DNA of 64,000 bases from Octopus vulgaris (GCA_951406725.2 OX597838.1:38564001-38628000); one strand, 5' to 3'; positions 14,231-28,172 are shown, counted from the stretch's first letter. The notes: generated by a model not told the origin, from the sequence alone. Made by a program: numbers and translations.

Positions 14231-15789
14231 ATATATATATAGGTATATATATGTATGTATATATATGTATATATGTATATATATATATATATGTGTGTGT
14301 ATGTATTTTGTGAGAAAGAGAGCGCGCGCATTTGTGTATCTATATTTTTAAAATCTTTCTCGTTAATATATGTGAAACATCAAATGCCAAATTAAGATTT
14401 TGTTAATGTATGTATGTTCCTGTGTGTATGATAATATATAAATGCTCATAGTTAGACACCTAAGTATGTATATATGCAGGTATGTATATAGAGATATGTA
14501 TACCTATACTACGGAGATGTACTTGCATAGCAAGTGACCTAATCTGAGATCAAGTGCTGGAACGAAAACAATTGCAGCGGGGAAGGTGTTTATAAGCCAG
14601 TTATATCTATATTTATATCTATATATATAATTGATATATAGAAACTTAAGTGCGGAGCCAAAACGATACAAACTCACACACCCACACCCTTATGTATAAT
14701 AAACAAACGAATGCGCGCGCATACACTCGTACTGAGTATGTACACACTTACACACATGCAGGCATCCACACGCACACAGACATAATGTGGAACTGGAAGA
14801 GTGAAGACTCAACACTGGGAAGATGATTCAACACTTCTTTTTAATAAAATTTATATTCCGGGTCTGGCAATCAAGCATTTATTCCACTGCAATTCATATC
14901 ACAAATGGCATCCCTCCATTTTAATTCATGATAGTGGGATGTGAAATTTCGTATCAGACGAGACATTCAAATTAGTTTTTTGCACTTGGCTTTGTAGAAG
15001 GACATATTCAGTGAAGGCTCGCAGTATTAGTCATATCCTTTGTTTAGTACAGAAACTACCGGATTAAGATTATTCAGTGGATTCCAGTACAAATTCAGTC
15101 CTTGATGTGATATAAGGGCCTGTGTGCTTTAATGACACTGAGAATTACGCCCGCGGAGCTTTAGTTTGTAGCAGGGCGCCTCATGGCCAAATGATAGATA
15201 GACTAGTATGGACCAGTTTTTCCCTGAGGTAAGAATGGGTTTATGTAAACCAATACCTCTACATATAAGTAAATTTATAGATCCATTGATAACAATTCAA
15301 AACAGAGAAGACTTGGGAGAAGAAAGCATTAAAATGCAGACCAGAATCGAGAACAGAGGTGAAAAGTCGTCGAGGGCGTGTGCTCTGTAGGACACGAAGG
15401 GGTTAAGGAAGCAAATATATATATCAGTTGTTGCGAAGTTTTGCAAATATCTTTGCAAAAGTTGATAGGAAAAGCGTTTACGAAAGGGACTGATGCACAG
15501 ATTCACTTGGAATAAACTACTGTTAAATATCTCACAGACATATTTAAATATCTCGCAGAAGCCTCATCCTATGATGTTAATGATGAAGCAGATGATCCAA
15601 GCAACAAATTTAACATATACGACCGAGTAAAACGCCCCAGTCCATAGAGCCATATGTTGTCTTTAATGATCACATGGTCAACATTACCAATAAGCTGTTA
15701 GTTGATGAAAGTCACTAAAATGTAGGTAAATCTAATTAGCAAAAACTATCAATAAACATTCTAGAAACTAAAACAGCCTAGAAACTAAA

Positions 15790-15820
<31 letters not shown>

Positions 15821-15832
15821 TATGCATATATA

Positions 15833-15996
15833 GGACGGGCTTCTTTCAGTTTCCGTCTACCAAATCGACTCACAAGGCACTGGTCGGTCCGAGGCTATAG
15901 CAGAAGACACTTATCCAAGATGCCACGCAGTGGGATTGAACCCAGAACAATGTGGTTGGGAAGTAAGTTCCTTACCACATAGTCACTTCTGCGCAC
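15833..15996 (-). mobile_element. SINE family A, 5' half
   Basis: Similar to 9840-10005. Confidence 0.85.
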
Positions 15997-16810
15997 ATAT
16001 TCGTGTATGCACATATCGACCAATCGTTCGAATGCTTATTTCCTTTCCAAGACAGGAAGCTGGCCGAATCGTTATCGAACCAGATGAACTGCCTAGTGGT
16101 ATCTCTTGTGGAGCTTTACGCGCTGAGTTCAAATTCTGGCGAGCTCCACTTCTTTCCTCTTTTATGTTTCCATGAAACCTAAAACGTTTCTGGTTTTCTG
16201 CCATAATTCGAAAAAAATGTTCTCCCTTTCGAACACTATTTGATTTGATTGTCTCTTTCTTCATGTCTCTTTCTCTTTTCTACACTCTTCGTCTGCTCTT
16301 CCTTCATCTCCCGCTTCCACTGGTAATTTAATAACCAAACCCCTTGCTCTCCCCTCATATTTACCCCTCGCGCTTTTCCGAGCGGAGTGACAAATCTCTC
16401 ACCCTTATGTGTGTGTATACGTAAACACAAGTATATACAAATACAGACATATGTATATATTACATATGTGTATATGAATAATATATGAATTTATGTATCT
16501 ATACACATATATACATATATGTACACACATGTCTTTATGAATACGTCTTTGTCATAAAATTATGAAGTTTTGCCTACAAAATTAAAAACAATAAAATAAA
16601 AATGAATAAAAAAAGTTAATACACGCACACACACATGTGAATCTGTGATTGCGTGTAGAGATGTGTTTATATGTAAAAATATATGTATGTACATTTTATA
16701 CACACATATATATATAAATACATAGATATATATAAATATATATATATACATATACGTATATATAAATATATATACACATATATATATAAATAGATATATA
16801 TAAATATATA

Positions 16811-16850
<40 letters not shown>

Positions 16851-16971
16851 TATATACATATATAGATGCATCCATATAAATATACATATACATACATACA
16901 TCCAAATATATATGTATGTATATATACAGTTGTATATAGATTTACATATATATATACGTATGTATAGATAT

Positions 16972-17012
<41 letters not shown>

Positions 17013-17026
17013 TGTATGTATGTGTG

Positions 17027-17090
<64 letters not shown>

Positions 17091-17369
17091 CACACTCACA
17101 CACATATACTCTCAATGATACATATCCATATGGGCCAGTGTGTGTATGCGCGCGCATACATATAGTCGTGAAGGCGTACTTAACTCTGTGAAGATGCGTT
17201 TTTGTGCGTAATATTAACGCAAAACTTTGAATATTTCTATAAAATAAGACTTTTGACTTTTTTAATGAATGAAAAAATGTAATTATAAGTATTAAATGTC
17301 ACAAAAATATATAAAAATGCTTCATAAAATTGTAATAAAAACTTGGCGTATTCATAAGATTTTTTGTCA

Positions 17370-17418
<49 letters not shown>

Positions 17419-17454
17419 ATGCATTTCTGTGTGTGTATGTTTTATATATGTATG

Positions 17455-17487
<33 letters not shown>

Positions 17488-17606
17488 TTACGTATACACT
17501 TTTGCATATTTATGCGTACTTATATATAAATATATTTATATATACTCACACACAGAGATACAGAATGAGAAATGCGGTGAGAACAATAGAAATATAGAAA
17601 GATAGG

Positions 17607-17681
<75 letters not shown>

Positions 17682-17960
17682 GTAGAGACCGACAAAGGGC
17701 TAAAGAGATAAAACAGATAGGTATATCTATATGCATCTGTCTGTGTGCCTGAAAGCACAGAGCGAAAAAAATAAATTTGATTGGCGATATAATGAATCGC
17801 TAACTTTGAATGAACACACACAAACATACAAAGACACACACATACACACACACACACACACACACATGCACATGCACGCACGCACGTATACACACACAAA
17901 CATACACATATAGGTACACACACATGCAAACACACATAAACACTCACACTCACACAGTAA

Positions 17961-18015
<55 letters not shown>

Positions 18016-18022
18016 CATATGT

Positions 18023-18061
<39 letters not shown>

Positions 18062-18105
18062 CATGCTTACATATATATTTATCTATACACATACTTATGT
18101 GTGTG

Positions 18106-18164
<59 letters not shown>

Positions 18165-18223
18165 GTATGTATATATATATACATGTGTGTATGTATGTGT
18201 GATTGTTTGCGTGTGCAGAAACC

Positions 18224-18261
<38 letters not shown>

Positions 18262-18571
18262 AATTGTCTATTAATTTTTTTTACAATTGATCTTTTTTCG
18301 ATTTTATTATTCATTGTCTCTTTTATTTTCTCACCTCTCTTTATTTGGCGATTCCACCCGATGAATTTTACAGCCACCCGACCAATCTAACCACCCAACA
18401 CCACCTCACAAGCCCCACCACCACCACCACCACCAATTCCCCTAACGCTTTGTTACTTTAAAACTGATTCTGTTTTTCTCGGGTCATTTTGTATGAGTTT
18501 ATTGACTTGGCGGAATGCCATATCAGCTCTTTGGCTGTTTGACGGAGAGATGGGTGCTTGTCTGAGACGGT

Positions 18572-18646
<75 letters not shown>

Positions 18647-18808
18647 TGTGAATGTGGGTGTGCATAGGCGTGCTTGCGTATGTGTGGGTGTTTTTGTTTC
18701 TGTAGAAATATATGTTGATATCTACGTATGTAAAAAGAAGCCTGTTTGTGTGAATTCATAGATAGATTGATGGGTAGATAGATAGATAGATAGATACACA
18801 GATAAAGG

Positions 18809-18874
<66 letters not shown>

Positions 18875-18988
18875 CAGACAGGTAGATAGATACATACATA
18901 CATAAATACATACATACATACATACATACATTCGTACATACATACATACATACATACATACATACATACATACATACATACATACATA

Positions 18989-19497
18989 CTCGTTATCGAG
19001 TATGGCCATTGCACGAAGCTTAATCAGTGTTGTTATCGTGCAATGCCTGTGCAAGAATATTTTCCTAAGTGAGGAAAGTCTGTGCACTGAGTCAATCCCA
19101 CTCACTAAGCAACAGCAGCCATAATCCGAAAAGTAGAACCAGTCATCATCATCGGTAACCACTGAGCTATCACAGTTACCTGAGTTACCTTCTCCTAGAA
19201 GGCTAGGAGTCCTTCACTCCCAATGGTTTAACCGCGCGATCGGGTATTCAGTCCGATTATTTCTATGTCCCCGCGCATGATACAGCCTTAAGACATTTAT
19301 TGGATGGCCGTTGACTCTCAAGAGTTCTTCCGCCCTTTGACGGGTTTTGTTTTTCATCCTGCAGGGTGTCCAATACACACTCTCCTCACAGAGCATGCTT
19401 GGTGGGGTTGCCGGTTTAGTCGCCGACGACCCAACCATGAAACAGGCTGTACTGGGTTACATGTTACCAGTATCACTCGAAAGTAACCTGACAATAA
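18989..19497. mobile_element. ~510-bp non-coding element inserted in (TACA)n
   Basis: GC-richer island with (TACA)n on both sides. Its end ctcgttatcgagtatggccattgcacgaagcttaa recurs inverted at ~40483-40517. Confidence 0.6.
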
Positions 19498-19525
19498 CAT
19501 ACATACATACATACATACATACATA

Positions 19526-19642
19526 CACAAAAATACCCTGTTGTGGATGTTGAAATTCCAATAAAGTAGCCTCGGATCTAGATTAGAAACAGGTTCTTTC
19601 TCTATTGGCAATAACGTTTTGAAAAAAACTGAATAAGGATAT
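19526..19642 (+). mobile_element. ~115-bp element in (TACA)n, with second copy at 46128-46238
   Basis: Both copies share caaaatacYctgttg..gatcta..agaaac..ctttctctattggcaa..ttgaaa..aataa and have TACA flanks. Confidence 0.6.
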
Positions 19643-20116
19643 ACATACATATACATACACATATATATATATATATATAAATATATGTATATATATATAT
19701 ACATGTATATATACATATATACATGTGAGTGTGTAGGTGTATATAAATATTTATATGTGCACTTGCATGTATGCATATATGCAACCGCATGGTTCCGGGT
19801 TCAGTCCTAGTGCGCGGCACCTTGGGTAAGTGTCCTCGTTCCTTCATCTGGTATCATGGATAGTATAGCGTCTAGTCCCCTTTTTCAAGACATACACGTC
19901 TACATTGCAGAAGCTTCTTCATGTGAGGAGCAGAACTTCGAAGAGTTGCGTGTCTTTGAGGACTTCTTTCAGTTTCCATGTCCCAAATCCACTTACATCG
20001 TATTGTTTGGTCTGGAGCAAGAGCAGGAGGCACGTGCCCAAAGTGTCACGAAGGGGGACTGAACTCGGACCAACGTGGCTGATAAGCAAACATCTTATCA
20101 CACAGCCACGCTTGCA

Positions 20117-20179
<63 letters not shown>

Positions 20180-20181
<2 letters not shown>

Positions 20182-20391
20182 AATGTAGGCTAAAATTTTT
20201 TCGAAAAAAATTATTTTCCCCAAAAATTTTATCAATGGCCAGCATATTAAAAAATACCTTTAGCGGTTAAAATTATAAACAATTCATAAATAAGGGCAAA
20301 CGAAAAAATGTCTAATGCCAATATGCCGAAAATTGGACATATTGTCCATTAACCATATAATTTTTTCGTTTGCCCTTATTCATGAATTGTA
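20180..20391. mobile_element. (TA)n insert with 31-bp inverted repeat; probable pLTR tail
   Basis: acaattcataaataagggcaaacgaaaaaat (20279-20309) vs attttttcgtttgcccttattcatgaattgt (20360-20390). Confidence 0.65.
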
Positions 20392-20393
20392 TA

Positions 20394-20509
<116 letters not shown>

Positions 20510-20586
20510 CGGGTTAACACCATATAGTTTTTCTGGTGTATCTAAGTTAAGTACCACATTCAAGTAAATTCATTGGAATTGACTTG

Positions 20587-20653
<67 letters not shown>

Positions 20654-20657
<4 letters not shown>

Positions 20658-20941
20658 CAAAAATAAGGGTGAAAAAATTGGATATTAACTTAATAATAAC
20701 ATCAATTTAACACCAAGTGGTTTAGCGCATAAAAACTGGGATACAGTAAAAATTAATACACAAGTATAAGAGAGGGTCCAATATGTGGACGCTGTTGGGC
20801 TAAAAATAGATCCGCATTTGTCCTGCTCGTTTACGTTCATAGTTGTGCTAATTCTCCTTGGGAACAATTCTTGGTGGTTGAGACCATTGCGGATCTATTT
20901 TTAGCGCAAGAGCGTCCACGTATTGGACCCTCCCTTATATT

Positions 20942-20944
<3 letters not shown>
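20654..20944. mobile_element. (TA)n insert with ~57-bp inverted repeat; probable pLTR tail
   Basis: Arms ~20760-20816 and ~20888-20944. The left end resembles the rc of the 56320-56372 terminus. Confidence 0.65.
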
Positions 20945-21003
<59 letters not shown>

Positions 21004-21231
21004 GGGGTATTTTCCTTGTGTTGTATGTCTTGTATTCTATTTTTTCGTTGTTTAAGAAAATGTCCATTTCCTTGGTTTTCTTTTTATGTTTTCGTTTCTC
21101 ATTGTGTTCGACGTTTTTTGGTGTCCTGTACCCACATATGCATATATATATACATGTAGATGTAGGTACGTACATATATGTATGTATATATGCATATATT
21201 TTATTTATCAATTTGTTATTATTATTATCAT

Positions 21232-21289
<58 letters not shown>

Positions 21290-21294
<5 letters not shown>

Positions 21295-21502
21295 TAATCC
21301 AAACAAGAAAGCACAAAAAAACACAACAACGCAGGGACGTGGAACAAATATAGTATTATTGGACGCTCAGGAAAGAAGGAAAGAAGGAGGGTTTAACGTT
21401 TCAAGCGGAGCTCTTCGTTGGAAACATAGGAGAAGGAAAGATCCAGAGAAGGGAAGACAGAGGGAAAAAATCGCCAACGGTACACACGCGGTCACATTTT
21501 GA
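21290..21502 (-). mobile_element. pLTR-like insert in (TA)n with degenerate minimal hammerhead (21391-21425)
   Basis: rc reads gttt-CCAACGA-A-GAGC tcc GCTT-GAAAC-GTT-aaac. Confidence 0.6.
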
Positions 21503-21534
<32 letters not shown>

Positions 21535-21557
21535 ATATATATATACATATATATATG

Positions 21558-21627
<70 letters not shown>

Positions 21628-21715
21628 AAAAATAAAAAATTAATTAAGGGTAGAAATTGATATTAGTCCGGTATCGTTTTTTGCATCTAGTCCAGCAAAT
21701 TATGTTCATAACAGA

Positions 21716-21777
21716 CTGTGCTGACGAAGTTACAGATATCCTTGTGATATTAATAACTGAAACCGTTCGGTACACAG
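21716..21777 (+). ncRNA. Type I hammerhead ribozyme within a (TA)n-flanked insert (~21628-21938)
   Basis: ctgtg-CTGACGA-AGTTA..TAACT-GAAAC-cgttcg-GTA-cacag. All three stems pair and the core is intact. Confidence 0.9.
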
Positions 21778-21935
21778 GTGATTATTTCATTTCGTATATT
21801 TTCATTTGTCTTATTTATTGCTTTGGTTTGTGCTGAATTTTATTTTATTTGAGAACATAATCTTTGTGGAGAATGGCGATTTGACGTCTATATCTAGCAT
21901 GTTGACTGTCCACTTTTCGTGTTCAGTCCTTAATT

Positions 21936-22032
<97 letters not shown>

Positions 22033-22269
22033 TATATATTCATTCATACACACAAACACATGCGTGTTGTGTGTGTGTGCGTGCGCACGTATGGATATAT
22101 GTATATTATACAAAGAGAGAACGGCCATGCTGGTGCAACACCTTCAGTAAGCTGATTCATTATTTCGACACCAATTATGATTTTTTTTTTTTATTATTTC
22201 CTCGATCTTTCATTGTCGAACAGTAATTGCTACATGTCATGATCAAAAAGCCTTAAACAGGGACAGATC

Positions 22270-22445
22270 TATAAAAAGCAATCATGAAAGACCTGGCTGC
22301 TTCTTTTACAGGGCTTTAAGAAACAGGAAGGATTGCTGCAACAAGTGTGAGAATCTGAGAGGGAAATGTGTTGAATAAAATCATAATTAACTGACCCTTC
22401 TGCATTTTCTTTTACCTAAAATCAGGAACTTTTCAGCACACACAT
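22270..22445 (+). mobile_element. Mariner-type transposon 3' remnant
   Basis: Translates to CNKCENLRGKCVE* (similar to the mariner C-terminal KCxxxxGxYVE), followed by TIR-like ggaacttttcagcac. Confidence 0.45.
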
Positions 22446-22456
22446 GCACACACACA

Positions 22457-22501
<45 letters not shown>

Positions 22502-22989
22502 ACACACACACACATACACACACACACACACACACGCACACATACACACACACACATACACACATGCACACACGCACGCAAACACATGCACGCGCGTACA
22601 CGCACGCGGGCACACACACACATACACACACTTTGTAATATTGTTCTTGACTCTTGAGAAGGAATTGCTGAAAACCAAAACAAATGGGGGGGGCAATGTA
22701 TTTCACTTGGTTTGAAGTGAGTTGAGAGAAGCCTCGGGGCTGGGGGTCAAGTTTGTGCGAACCTTAAGTAGAGGCATCAACAAGAAGCTGCATCAAATGT
22801 TTTCGTTTTTGTTGATTGCATATCGTAGCATCCCGCTGCAGAAAGCGTAAAACTACTCAGGATCAGTTGTCAGAACCACAAAGCACCTTTTACATACTGT
22901 TTAATATTCAGCTAGAGATCAAAATAAAAAATACTATGTTGCACAACCCTCGTCGGATGTTTACAACAAGCAACTACACCCTCTCTCCA

Positions 22990-23142
22990 TCTGTTTTCTC
23001 GCTTCGTCCCTTTTCCGTATAAGAGCGTATGCTCAAAACGTCAAAGACTACTTTTCCTCAGCGTCAAATCAACACACCATGCCTGTTAATCCTTCACTTG
23101 TCTCTGTCTCATTTTTTGTGTTTTTTTGTACAATTTTGAAAC
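22990..23142 (+). mobile_element. pLTR-like fragment with highly degenerate minimal hammerhead (23011-23047)
   Basis: tttt-CCGTATA-A-GAGC gtat GCTC-AAAAC-GTC-aaaga. The downstream ttcctcagcgtcaaa is shared with the 10130 and 32458 copies. Confidence 0.5.
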
Positions 23143-23182
23143 ATATGTGTGTGCGGGGGGGGGGGGTGTATGTTAGTGTGCA

Positions 23183-23273
<91 letters not shown>

Positions 23274-23471
23274 GTATATATGTATATATATTCATGTATG
23301 TATATATTAATGTATGGATGTAAATATACATATCACATGATCACGTGACCGACCAGACCATCAGATGTTGCTACACATCGCTGGTCACAATGCGTTCGCA
23401 TTGTTTTAGCCTTCGAATGACGCCACCCCGCCGGCTAAGCGAGCAGGCCATATATATGTACATATACATAG

Positions 23472-23514
<43 letters not shown>

Positions 23515-23723
23515 CATATTCATACGTGTATGTTTATGTTTATGTTTTCCAGTTTCAGTATTTATTTTTATTTATTTTATTTTATCTAGTTTCAGCTCAC
23601 GAGCGGTGGCCATGCTGGGGCATCGCCATTAAAGAAATACTGCAAGGCATTTTGTTCAACACTTTAACAATCATGCCAATAACCCACTTATATATTCATG
23701 TATATATATATATACATATAAGT

Positions 23724-23789
<66 letters not shown>

Positions 23790-24813
23790 GAATGGATGGA
23801 TAGATAGATATACTCGTAGGTTTCCCCCTCACTGTTCTCATCATCATCACTCTCATCATCTTCAGCACAGTGCTGCTTTATCTCCCTGAGATGGTCTGAT
23901 TTTCCTCTGTCATAAAAGAGATTCAAGTAACTCCATTAATCTTCATTTGTTCCAGTAAATTCCACCTGTTTTGTCAATTCAATAAATTCCTGATAAACGT
24001 TTCCTATTGGTTGCTTAAAACCCATGAAGTTTACACTGCAGTCCCGATGGCTTTTACTCGAGTCAAAGACTCATCGTGTATGTTTGTCGTTTGTCGAAGG
24101 CCATACCGTTGTTAATTCTTCAAATGTATTCTGCTAACCCAGTAACTTATCCTTAAATTTAGTACTTATTCTATTGGCCGCTTTTGCCGAATATTTAAGA
24201 CGCACCCACATATATACATACATGCATACATACATACATACATACATACATACATACATACATACGTACATACATACATCATACATACACACATACAGAC
24301 ATTCATACACACATACATACATTCATACACACATACGTACATTCATGCACACATACATACACACATACACACATACATACATACATACTTACACACATAC
24401 ATACAATCATACACACATATATACATTCATACATACATACGTACATTCATACACATATACATACTTCATATACATACATACATACATGCATACACACATA
24501 CATATATACATAAATATATACATCATACATACATACATACATACATACATAAATACATATACATACATACATACATACATAAATACATCATACATACATA
24601 CATACATAAATACATCATACATACATACATACATACATACATACATACATACATACATACATACATACATACATACATACATACATACATACATACACAC
24701 ATACATACATAAATACATACATACACTCATACATACATTCATACACATATACATATATCCATACACACATACATACATACATACATACATACATACATAC
24801 ATACATACATACA

Positions 24814-24847
<34 letters not shown>

Positions 24848-25001
24848 CATACATCCATACAAACATATATTCATATAAAAACAATTTTACATTAACCTGA
24901 TTCCATACTTCTGTATAATACAACTATATTATTCTTATGCAATAATTCTGTTGAGAGTGTCTGCGAAGTTTCAGCCTTCAAAGTATATATACATGCATAC
25001 A

Positions 25002-25043
<42 letters not shown>

Positions 25044-25048
<5 letters not shown>

Positions 25049-25277
25049 TTTAAGCAGCAGAAAATTCAACAAAATCTGTTACTCTGAGTTTCTCGTTGCC
25101 GTTCATCAGACAGTTTTTGCTAGAATCTAGCAAAAACTGTCTGATGAACGGCAACGAGAAACTCAGAGTAACAGATTTTGTTGAATTTTCTGCTGCTTAA
25201 AATAAAGCATATTACTCTACCACTGGTATTTGAGTACTCTTTTTTCCACCTTGTTTCACATTTATGTGTTTACTCCG

Positions 25278-25280
<3 letters not shown>
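25044..25280. mobile_element. Palindromic mini-element in (TA)n with divergently oriented hammerheads
   Basis: Perfect ~80-bp arms spanning 25044-25206, centre ~25125. HHR on + at 25137-25174 (ctgt-CTGATGA-acggcaacga-GAAAC-tcaga-GTA-acag) and its mirror on - at 25076-25113. Confidence 0.85.
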
Positions 25281-25324
<44 letters not shown>

Positions 25325-25325
<1 letters not shown>

Positions 25326-25380
25326 CTCTTGTTTCAGCCCAGAGCTGTGGCCATGCTGATGCACCGCCGTTATATATATG

Positions 25381-25423
<43 letters not shown>

Positions 25424-25615
25424 ATATATATATATATGACGGACTTCTTCCAGTTTTCCTGCTAACAAATTCCCTCACAAGTCTTTGGTCTCTGAGTGGA
25501 TAGGTATAGTACAGTATCGTATAGTATGAGATATTTGCCCAAGGTGCCGTACAGCGGGACTGAACCGAAGATCACAAAGTCGCGGAGCAAGCTTCATAAC
25601 CTCACATTTACGCCA
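25325..25615 (-). mobile_element. Diverged SINE family A copy
   Basis: gctgtggccatgctg..caccgcc, then cttcttccagttt..cacaagtctttggtc..ttgcccaaggtgccg..gggactgaacc. Confidence 0.65.
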
Positions 25616-25930
25616 ACATTCTTTAAAAGCAGGATTAGCTTTACATCTAAGAACTTAAAGCATTAACAGGTCTAGGTACGTTGCGAAAAAATATTCGCCT
25701 TGGTTTCATTGGTTGAACAAAGCTGGATGTGTGTAGGGGTAGAAAAGCTCTCTGGATATTATTCGTTCATTCGTTCGGGTTGTGAATTGCGGAGAGCATC
25801 GGTTACTGAAAACAATGCCTTGTTTTCCAAAGATCTGTCTTCACAGCATTCTTTGACATGTGGGAAGAAGATACTTGTCCAACGTACCACGCACTGGGAC
25901 TAAAACCAAGAAAATATGATAGAGAAGCAA

Positions 25931-26450
25931 GCCATGTCTGCGCCTATATGGCCACACTTGCACCTGCATGACCACACCTGTGTCCACGTAGCCACGCCTG
26001 CGCCTATATGGCCACATCTGCATCTATATGGTCCCACCTGCACCTATATGACTACATCTGTGCCTATATGGCCACACTTACGCCTATATGACCACATCTG
26101 CGTCTATATCGTCACACCTGTGTCTATATGGACACATCTGCGTGTATATGGCCACACCTGCGCCTATATGACTACACATGCGCCTATATGGCCACACCTG
26201 CGCCTATATGACTACACCTGCGCCTATATGGCCACACCTGCGCCTATATGACTACACCTGCGCCTATATGGCCACACTTGTGCCTATATGGCCACAGCTG
26301 CGCCTATGTGGCCACATCTGTGTCTATATGGTCATACCTGCGCCTACGTGGCCACATCTGCGTCTATATGGCCACACTTGCGCCTATATGGTCACACCTG
26401 CATTTATATAGCCGCACTTGCGCCTATATATCCACACTTGCGCCTATATA
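25931..26450. repeat. 20-bp minisatellite x26 (consensus gccacacctgcgcctatatg) derived from the SINE A terminus
   Basis: Unit periodicity read directly. The unit equals the SINE terminal gccac(a/t)cctgcgcctata, and a decayed SINE head lies at ~25870-25930. Confidence 0.95.
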
Positions 26451-27086
26451 TCTAAAACTCTTTTTGGCTTTTCCATTACACTAATTCTATTCCTCTTTAT
26501 TCTTGTACCACGTAAAGCTGTTACACTTTAAGCACAGGCGTTTATTTTTTTCCAAATTTACAGCAAAATGTTCATAAAAATATTGATTCTAGAGCGAAAA
26601 CTCTGCCAATATCTGCAACTTGCTGTCCATCATCAAATCTCCGTAACACTTTTTTAATTTATTTACTAATGTTTCCCAATATCATTCTATTTTTCTTTTT
26701 TATCATTATTTTTGTTTTTATTTCCTTTTTTTGTCTTGGGGTTTTGATGTTTTTTTTTGTTTTAGTTCATTTTTCGCGGGGTGCAGACAGATTGCAGTGG
26801 TGCACACACCAAGTTTAGCCGTTGCAACAAGGATAAATCAAAAGGATAAACATTTGCAAATTGAAAATGGACATCTACTACTACTACTACTACTACGACG
26901 ACGACGACGACGACGACGACTGTGGCTATGTGGTTCCTAATCAAACAATAAGAAAACAATACACTAGTTGAGAGACCGACAGACTCCATAGTAGTGCGAG
27001 GCTGAAATATTTTGGTCTTACTCCGTTCTTCATTTATCCATTTAGTTGTCTTAATTTATAATAAGTCTCATTAAATACCTTGCCTT

Positions 27087-27430
27087 AGGCGGCGGCCTAT
27101 TGGCTGTATCATTAGCGCGTAGTACAAAACGTTTAGCGGTATTTCTCCCAGCGTATTGTTCTGAGTTCAAATGCCGCCGAGGTCGACTTTGTATTTCGTT
27201 CTTTCGGGTGGATTTGGTAGACGGAAGCTGAAAGAAGTCACTCGTATATGGGGGTGGTGGTCTGTCTGTGTTTGTCCCTCCACCATCGCTTGACAACCAA
27301 TGGCAAAGAGACCGATAGGATAAGTACCAGGCTTACAAAGAATAAGCCCAGGGGTCAATTTCTTCGACTAGAAGGCGGCACACCAGCATGGCCATAGTGA
27401 AAATGACTGCAAGAATTAAAAGATTAAAAG
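27087..27430 (+). mobile_element. Chimeric SINE: family C head joined to family A 3' half
   Basis: ggcggcg..ttagcggtatttc..gttctgagttcaaatgccgccgaggtcgacttt, then gtggatttggtagacggaagctgaaagaag..agtaccaggcttacaaagaataag. Confidence 0.65.
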
Positions 27431-27451
27431 AGTGTGTATATACATACATAA

Positions 27452-27502
<51 letters not shown>

Positions 27503-27621
27503 TGTATTTACAAATGCAATATCCCTACATATCTCACATCTATTCTCTTTTATTTCCTCCACCTCACTCTCTATTTTATATCTTATCTGAATTAACTATT
27601 TTTTAACCATCCTCTCACACC

Positions 27622-27669
27622 GTCTCCGATGAAGGGATATAATAAATATCCTGGAAACAGATGTAAGAC
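27622..27669 (+). ncRNA. Type I hammerhead (CCGATGA core variant) in (TA)n-flanked insert 27506-27740
   Basis: gtct-CCGATGA-agggatat aataa atatcctg-GAAAC-agat-GTA-agac. Confidence 0.7.
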
Positions 27670-27746
27670 CTTCTATCTAAAATGTTCTAAAATCTACACA
27701 GCCTTGTTTTTTTATCTCATTAAGAAATATAATGTTTACATATATG

Positions 27747-27796
<50 letters not shown>

Positions 27797-27800
27797 CATA

Positions 27801-28172
27801 TAGTTATCGCCATACTAATATGACAGTCTAAATATAAGACTAAAGCTGTCGCTGATTAGCTCCAAGAGGCCATCGCCTCGAGCTAGCTATATGACACACG
27901 AACCTGTGTCCATTACAACCTTCCAGTAGGGGAGGTCAGCCGCTTCACCTTGCTAGTCAGACATCTGCAGACTTGTTTCAGGGTTGTTGCCCTTTATCAA
28001 TGCAGCGTAGTCAGAACCAGCAGGTGTCGCTACTGACCGTCTGTTCGAAGATTTTATTTACCTAGCTACAGTCTTATATTTAGACTGTCATATTAGTATG
28101 GCGATAACTATTAATATCCAGTAACGCTGCCGTAATCTCCTTTAGAGAGACTTAGTAATTTTAATATTTCTA
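27801..28172 (-). mobile_element. (TA)n insert with 41-bp perfect inverted repeat and degenerate hammerhead (27965-28005)
   Basis: Arms 27801-27841 and 28070-28110. rc reads ctgca-TTGATAA-aggg caacaa ccct-GAAAC-aa-GTC-tgcag. Confidence 0.75.

Noticed and set aside
25931-26450. 20-bp array as CRISPR or a repeat-protein gene (APIWPHL ORFs)
   Set aside because: Contiguous units without spacers; the unit derives from a SINE end; eukaryotic context.
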